Part shown: in pieces, positions 58,370-64,000 of the stretch
Layout of the letters: every line of letters begins with the position of its first letter
How positions within the stretch are numbered: position 1 is the stretch's first letter
Assembly (NCBI GenBank): GCA_019057795.1
Contig: JAHLWS010000024.1
Location: 1 to 64,000 of the forward strand
From: Promethearchaeota archaeon
GTDB lineage: Archaea > Asgardarchaeota > Lokiarchaeia > Sigyniarchaeales > SOKP01
Length of the DNA stretch: 64,000 bases
Reading direction: 5' to 3'
Position numbers and translations under genes: made by a program
Notes under the pieces: generated by a model
What the model was told of the DNA's origin: nothing
What the model saw: the letters and a program-made list of their open reading frames with translations, nothing else
The model's database searches: none

Positions 58370-59398
58370 TTAATAATCCAGCTTCTCTCCTAGAGCAAGT
58401 CTTGCTAAATCACTGATAAAATATGCCTTCATCCCTTTACCAGTTACCTTCCTTTCTAGCGTCTCTAAACACATTGGACAATTGAATATGCAAACTTGAG
58501 CACCATGATCTACCATATCTTGAACATTATCATTTTGTGTTTTGCGAACTTCTTTTTTATGGCCTCTCATTCCGAAAGGTGCAGCACAACATAGACCATT
58601 TTCCCTATCGTATTTCCTTGCAACTCGTTCTACTCCTATTAATTCACAAATTTTATCAAGAATTTTGTCAGTTTCAGGCACATATCGATTTGAGCAATTT
58701 CGTTGATATGCTGCTTTTAAATTTAGTTTTTTTATCTCAGACTCGTGCTCTTTTAAATAATTATAGACATATTCGAATATATGAACTGGTTTGAAAGGTA
58801 CTTCAAGGTTATTCCTTTGACAATAAGAGGTATACAAGCCATAACATTCATCATGCCAACAGATCACTTCAGTGTCTTTTAAAACACCTGTCTTTTTGAA
58901 GTTTTCAAGAATAATTGGGACACGTTCTTTGATTATGGAAGGTTTTGCAACGTGTTGGTACATCAATTGGCAAAAAAAATGTAATCCCCCAACAGATTGT
59001 AGATTATCAAACATTGGTCCTTTCATTTCTTTAGCATTCGTTTTAGGAAAAGCACATTTATTTAAAATCGGTTTTTCAGGATCAATCGGACGTGGTACAA
59101 ATTCTCCTTTTGCTTTAAATGTAATAATCGAATTTTGAACTATCGCAGGTAATATATCTTGAGATTGGTATTTTTCTTGTAATTCATTTATTTTATCAAA
59201 AGGATGTGAATTGTAAGGACAATACTCATCACAAGAAAAACAAAGCATACAATCTTTCAAGATTCTACAATCTTCATCTTCATTAATTAGTTTAGTGATT
59301 TCTTGCTTAGCAGCTTCAATACTATCAAAATCGATCCACTGACATTTCATCATACAGTCAACCGTTTTACATTCCGCGCAATGCGAATTATCAAACAT
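58370..59398 (-). CDS. Fe-S protein with ferredoxin-like N-terminus and degenerate CCG domains
   Basis: CAEC..DC...C, CMLCFSCDEYCP, QRNC, CCA, CPMC. Confidence 0.88.
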   Translation of the reverse strand: MFDNSHCAECKTVDCMMKCQWIDFDSIEAAKQEITKLINEDEDCRILKDCMLCFSCDEYCPYNSHPFDKINELQEKYQSQDILPAIVQNSIITFKAKGEFVPRPIDPEKPILNKCAFPKTNAKEMKGPMFDNLQSVGGLHFFCQLMYQHVAKPSIIKERVPIILENFKKTGVLKDTEVICWHDECYGLYTSYCQRNNLEVPFKPVHIFEYVYNYLKEHESEIKKLNLKAAYQRNCSNRYVPETDKILDKICELIGVERVARKYDRENGLCCAAPFGMRGHKKEVRKTQNDNVQDMVDHGAQVCIFNCPMCLETLERKVTGKGMKAYFISDLARLALGEKLDY

Positions 59399-59487
59399 AT
59401 TTTTATACCTTTTTTATTTTTTGAATAATTATTATATATAGATTAGATTACGTTCTAGTAATTATTAATTTTAATATCTTTTTTTTT

Positions 59488-60795
59488 TCATAGAAGCGTT
59501 TGAGTAAACAGGTTAATTTTATCTTTAATGATTTTTTCAGACGTCATTCGTTTATCACCGACATCCAAATCGATTATAAGCATAGGAATGCCAACTTCAT
59601 CCCTTAGAGCTTCCCTCAATATCTGTGGGACTGCTCCAAATTGTTTACAACCTAAGTGTGAAGTAAAAATATAGCAATCTGCAGAAAATTCTTTCGCTAA
59701 TCTCACGCAATCGTCAATAAAGGGATAAAAGAATTCTGTTGATTGCTTAATCATTGGAAGACCCATCCCTTTTTTAGCCATTCCGTAAAACAATGTATCC
59801 AAATCAGATTTTGTATTGATGGGGTCAGAAAAGTTGTAATTGAAAATATCGAATAAAATACTCATCCCCAATTCTCGATCTAAATATTCACATATCGCCA
59901 AATCGAAAAAAATGAGCATGTACGGCCATATACTCCGTATTTTTTCTTCACCACCATGATGGTCTTTATTCTTATAGCGTATTTTAGCAATCTCAAGCAT
60001 GTCGCGGTAAAAGTCTAGTTTTTCTTCGCGGCCTGACATAAAAGTCGCGGCAACTGCGGACATAGGGTTAAACATGTTTTCTAACGGACATGGGGTCGCT
60101 TTTTTTAGTTCAAATATTTCAAGTTGGGTTTTGTTCGTTTCATTTTCTAGTTCAATATGTTTCTTCATTTTTTCATAATCGGGTTCTTGACCAATTACTC
60201 TACCTAATTCCTCTAAACTTAGCCTTAATTGTTCTCCATAATAAGTATAGCTTTTTTCTTCCCAAAGGAACGGTAAATCTGGAGTAATTAATGGTATATT
60301 TTTATGATACCTAAAAAAGGGATAAGATGCGTAAGTGTTGTCGCACGGAGCGGTTGGTGTGATAATTGCGTCAAATTTGAATAAATCGTCAAGTGTCATC
60401 CCCATTGTTCCTTTTTGTGAAGAACATGTATGGAATGGATGCCCCCAGCTAGTTATTAAATCATAATAGGGTTCAGAGCCATCAGGTAATAATGCTGATA
60501 TGAAATATGATACTGCTTCTATGCACACTGGCACACAATCAAAACAATAAAGATAATCTGAGGGGAATGCGAAATGGTATCCAATTATAGGTAGTCCTTC
60601 TCCTGCTTTTTTTATAAAATCAGCCATTACTAAGTTGATATGTTTTAATCCTATCCTCAATGCCGGCATTCCATCCTCGGGAAGTATTCTCTCAACCAAC
60701 TCGAGTGTGGTGGACACGGACTGACTCAACATCTTATAGGGAATTATTCTATTTTCTAATTTTGATTGATTAACCATAGTTATACCATTTTTCAT
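59488..60795 (-). CDS. 2-hydroxyacyl-CoA dehydratase/BCR family subunit (HgdA/BcrB-like)
   Basis: HTCS, APCD, GCKQ, DVGD.R; alternative start at 60777. Confidence 0.85.
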   Translation of the reverse strand: MKNGITMVNQSKLENRIIPYKMLSQSVSTTLELVERILPEDGMPALRIGLKHINLVMADFIKKAGEGLPIIGYHFAFPSDYLYCFDCVPVCIEAVSYFISALLPDGSEPYYDLITSWGHPFHTCSSQKGTMGMTLDDLFKFDAIITPTAPCDNTYASYPFFRYHKNIPLITPDLPFLWEEKSYTYYGEQLRLSLEELGRVIGQEPDYEKMKKHIELENETNKTQLEIFELKKATPCPLENMFNPMSAVAATFMSGREEKLDFYRDMLEIAKIRYKNKDHHGGEEKIRSIWPYMLIFFDLAICEYLDRELGMSILFDIFNYNFSDPINTKSDLDTLFYGMAKKGMGLPMIKQSTEFFYPFIDDCVRLAKEFSADCYIFTSHLGCKQFGAVPQILREALRDEVGIPMLIIDLDVGDKRMTSEKIIKDKINLFTQTLL

Positions 60796-60823
60796 TTAAT
60801 TATAATAATATTTTTATTTTTTT

Positions 60824-62113
60824 TCATAGAAGTGTCTGAGTAAACATAGTTATTTTATTCTTAAACTCTTTTAGCGAAGTCATTCGAGCATCTCCTACGT
60901 CGAAATCAATTGTTAACATAGGAATTCCTACTTCGTCTTTAAGAGCTTCTCTTAAAAGTTGTGGGACGGCTCCAAATTGCTTACACGCAATACTCTGAGT
61001 GTAAATGAAGCAGTCTGCGCTAAAATCTTTAGCCATTTTAATACAATCATCTAAGAAAGGATAGTAGAATTCTGAAGATTGCTTTACCATTGGCCAACCC
61101 ATAGCTTTCTTTGCCATTCCATAGAATAATTCATCTGAATCAGATTTAATATCGATAAAATCAGATAGATTATAGTTAAAAATATCGAATAAAATGCTCA
61201 TACCCAATTCGCGATCTAACCATTCACACAAAGAAATATCAAAGAATGTTAGCATATAGGGCCATATGGATCTAATTCGTTCTTCACCTCCATAATGCTC
61301 CTTGTTTTTGTACCTATTTTTTGCGCGTTCCAATATTCTCTGATAAAAAGAGAGGTTCTCAAGTGTTCCAGATATAAATATAGTTGTTGCAGCTGAAATG
61401 GGATTAAACATATTCTCGATTGGACTCGGAACAGCCTTAATTAAATCAAATAATTCCATCTTTAATTTTGTTACTTTGTTCTCTAATTCTAAAGCATTCC
61501 TCAATTTTTCAAAATCGGGCTCTTGACCAATAATTTTTCCAAGCTTATTAAGACTTAGTTTTAATTGTTCACCATAATACTTGTAGCTTTTTTCCTCATG
61601 AAGAAAGGGCATATCAGCAATGATTAAAGGAAAGTTTTTTTTAAATTTGAAAAACGGGTAAGAAGCACAGGTGGAATCACAGGGTGCTGTTGGAGTGATT
61701 ATTGCATCGAATTTAAATAAATCGTCTAAACTCATTCCCATTGTCCCCTTTTGAGCGGAACATGTGTGAAAAGGGTGTCCCCAGTTTCCTATTAAATCAT
61801 AGTAAGTCTCAACACCATCTAAAAGTAAAGCACCAAGAATAAAAGAAACTCCTTCGATACAAATTGGGACACATTCATAACATTTTAAGTATTCTGGCTG
61901 AAATGCAAAGTGGTATCCTACTACTGGCAATCCTTCTCTTGCTTTTTCGATATCTTTACGAACCACTGATATTATTTCTTCCAATCCAATTCTTAACGAG
62001 GGAAGTCCGTTATCAGGTAATATCTTATCGATTAATTCATGCGTAGTTGACATTGAATTTAATAACATCTGATAAGGAATAATTCTGTTTCCCATCTCTG
62101 TTTTGCTATGCAT
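60824..62113 (-). CDS. 2-hydroxyacyl-CoA dehydratase/BCR family subunit (HgdA/BcrB-like), tandem paralogue
   Basis: Same motifs; closely similar to 59488-60795. Confidence 0.85.
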   Translation of the reverse strand: MHSKTEMGNRIIPYQMLLNSMSTTHELIDKILPDNGLPSLRIGLEEIISVVRKDIEKAREGLPVVGYHFAFQPEYLKCYECVPICIEGVSFILGALLLDGVETYYDLIGNWGHPFHTCSAQKGTMGMSLDDLFKFDAIITPTAPCDSTCASYPFFKFKKNFPLIIADMPFLHEEKSYKYYGEQLKLSLNKLGKIIGQEPDFEKLRNALELENKVTKLKMELFDLIKAVPSPIENMFNPISAATTIFISGTLENLSFYQRILERAKNRYKNKEHYGGEERIRSIWPYMLTFFDISLCEWLDRELGMSILFDIFNYNLSDFIDIKSDSDELFYGMAKKAMGWPMVKQSSEFYYPFLDDCIKMAKDFSADCFIYTQSIACKQFGAVPQLLREALKDEVGIPMLTIDFDVGDARMTSLKEFKNKITMFTQTLL

Positions 62114-62159
62114 GTTTTATATCCAAATTTTTTCAAAGAGTTTTTTTCAAATTTTAATA

Positions 62160-63311
62160 CTATTTTATCATTTCTAAAAATGCTTCAATACGCGTTTGAA
62201 GTCTCGTTGTGTCTGCTTGGTAGAATTCGCGATCGAGCTCCAAAACGGGGATCTCCAAATCTTTTAGCCTATGTAAATTGAGCATATTATCACATCCAGC
62301 GAGATCACAGTTATTTATTCTCTGTAAGATAACACCATCAATTTTTGCTCTGTCAATTTCATTTCTTAGAAAATCGAATCGCCTTTCATAGTCATCCATC
62401 ATTCTAGGGCAAGAAAGTCTGTAATACAAGCGCTTTGATATATCTTTTAATGGGTTATTTCCATTACCTATATGTACATCATCTAAAAAATTGCGAGTTC
62501 CAAAGCAAAAAGAATCAGACACTAATAAGGCTCCAGAATCTTCAATTAATCTGGTAAAATCAGTACTATCTACTTCGCTTCCAACGAGCATTATTCTTTT
62601 AACATTCGATTTAATTCCTTCAGACTCTCTCAAGATTTTGAGAATTCTTTCTAATTCTTGGTTTGCAAATTCTTTAGGGATTGAGCTATTTGACATCGAA
62701 ATTTGTAAAGCTTCGCTTCCCGTAATTTTTGGCGTATCAATAATTCTTAGTTCATGGATTTTTCGCAAAAGATCACGATTTTTATTGTATATTCTTATCG
62801 AATTATGTAAATCTTGATCAGTAATAATTTGATGAGTATAGGTTTCTTCTATTTCTTCTTTAAATTCTTCTATTTCTTTATGGTACCATTCAAAACCTTC
62901 ATCTGTTATGATGTGAGGCATAGCAATATAAAAACGTGGAACTTTTTTTTCAAAACCTTTTCTTTTAAATACTACTAAATCGAAGAGCTCGTACATTCGT
63001 CGAGTATGATCGCATGAATTACAAATATAAAGCCCATCTAAGAAATCGTAGCCTCCTCTTAAAGCCAAATCTAAAGTTGCTCTGACAAATGAACACGTAA
63101 ACCGTACCATATATATATCAGCTAAATCCGTGTCTTTATGTCCAGTTGCTCTAATTCTAAAAGGTAATAAATTTGCAGCGTGCAGTAATTCTTCGGGAAT
63201 GTAAGTACAATAATGACCAACTACCTTTTTATTCTTTTCTTGCCATTCCTTAACATAGGAGTTCATAATTGAATTCGAAATGTTAAGAAAAGGATCGTTA
63301 TTTAGACTCAT
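62160..63311 (-). CDS. 2-hydroxyacyl-CoA dehydratase/BCR family subunit (HgdB/BcrC-like)
   Basis: CTYIPEE, CSF, SCDHTRR, SCPR, NCD, TRIEAFLE. Confidence 0.9.
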   Translation of the reverse strand: MSLNNDPFLNISNSIMNSYVKEWQEKNKKVVGHYCTYIPEELLHAANLLPFRIRATGHKDTDLADIYMVRFTCSFVRATLDLALRGGYDFLDGLYICNSCDHTRRMYELFDLVVFKRKGFEKKVPRFYIAMPHIITDEGFEWYHKEIEEFKEEIEETYTHQIITDQDLHNSIRIYNKNRDLLRKIHELRIIDTPKITGSEALQISMSNSSIPKEFANQELERILKILRESEGIKSNVKRIMLVGSEVDSTDFTRLIEDSGALLVSDSFCFGTRNFLDDVHIGNGNNPLKDISKRLYYRLSCPRMMDDYERRFDFLRNEIDRAKIDGVILQRINNCDLAGCDNMLNLHRLKDLEIPVLELDREFYQADTTRLQTRIEAFLEMIK

Positions 63312-63808
63312 GGTAATAAACCCACTTTACTGTTTTTATAAACTTCATTCTTACCTATCATCAGACACTTTACCAGTTTTATGGCAGCTACATAGGACCC
63401 TTTAATCTTTATTTTTCTGGGAATTAAATACTTTAGAAGTTTCATTAGTCCAAAGATATTACTTTTAGAGCGAATAATACTGCTTAACACGCTAGTTATT
63501 TTTTCTTCTTCTACATTTACTATAAGTCGTGCAACAGGATTATTAGCTTTCTCCACCCGGCAATCAAAATTCTTTCTATCAGATGTAAGCACAAAAGTAA
63601 TATATCCGTCTAATTCGACTAAATACATTTCTATTTCTTCACCCTCCCATTTCCCTATTTTTTTAAAAGGCTCGTCGAGGCCAAATAAATCCACCAACAT
63701 CTTTGCCAATCGAGCGATATTAAGCACTTTTGTTTCCCTAACCAAATTTTCTGCTTTAATATCCCTACTTGTTTTCTTAAGGTTATCAATTTGATTAATT
63801 GTAGCCAC
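63308..63808 (-). CDS. Divergent SCP2-like protein
   Basis: KIKIKGS...AIKL C-terminal motif; first gene of the dehydratase operon. Confidence 0.55.
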   Translation of the reverse strand: MATINQIDNLKKTSRDIKAENLVRETKVLNIARLAKMLVDLFGLDEPFKKIGKWEGEEIEMYLVELDGYITFVLTSDRKNFDCRVEKANNPVARLIVNVEEEKITSVLSSIIRSKSNIFGLMKLLKYLIPRKIKIKGSYVAAIKLVKCLMIGKNEVYKNSKVGLLP

Positions 63809-64000
63809 CTAATTTTAATTATTTGAAGCAATTATATAAAGATCATATTAGTTAGATTAGTTAATAAAGTTAAAGCTTTTATTAATTAATTGAAAAGGTT
63901 TATGCTAATATTCTTATTAAACAACTGAATTTTGAACTTAGACTTAAAAGGGATTAAAGTGGGCAAACTGCTTTCCTTCTTATAGGAAAAGTTTAATAAC

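Noticed and set aside
1113-62817. Numerous 60-165-aa antisense or alternate-frame ORFs (e.g. 4074, 15578, 19122-19859, 33581, 49706, 62491)
   Set aside because: They lie within or largely overlap well-supported genes and show no motifs.
5706-63808. Selenocysteine read-through at TGA-terminated genes
   Set aside because: In the TGA-ending genes I inspected, the stop matches the expected family C-terminus or is followed quickly by another stop or the next gene.

Overview
AT-rich (about 30% GC by eye) archaeal chromosomal segment, very probably from a Lokiarchaeia/Promethearchaeota (Asgard) genome. Support: longin-domain proteins, a longin-small GTPase fusion, SCP2 proteins, an SDS22-like LRR protein, a 1437-aa surface glycoprotein and oligo-T terminators. 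Contents: a B12-dependent ribonucleotide reductase with an HNH intein at the catalytic Cys; three tandem membrane-anchored left-handed beta-helix paralogues followed by a nitrilase and an ADH; three FAD-oxidoreductase/CCG Fe-S gene pairs, two of them linked to a truncated acetyl-CoA-synthase-like ('mini-ACS') gene and one of those also to cooC; two 2-hydroxyacyl-CoA dehydratase/benzoyl-CoA-reductase-family clusters; a complete IS1595-like element with TIRs and an 8-bp TSD; a toxin-antitoxin-rich patch; a split and frameshifted Cwh43/PGAP2IP-like locus; a beta-glucuronidase. Features absent from the ORF track: two zinc-ribbon microproteins, a truncated ParE toxin, a structured candidate sRNA/sORF, a TGAC-rich array between convergent genes, and two direct-repeat-flanked gene insertions. 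No rRNA, tRNA or CRISPR array was found. All family assignments come from motif recognition by eye, not from database searches.
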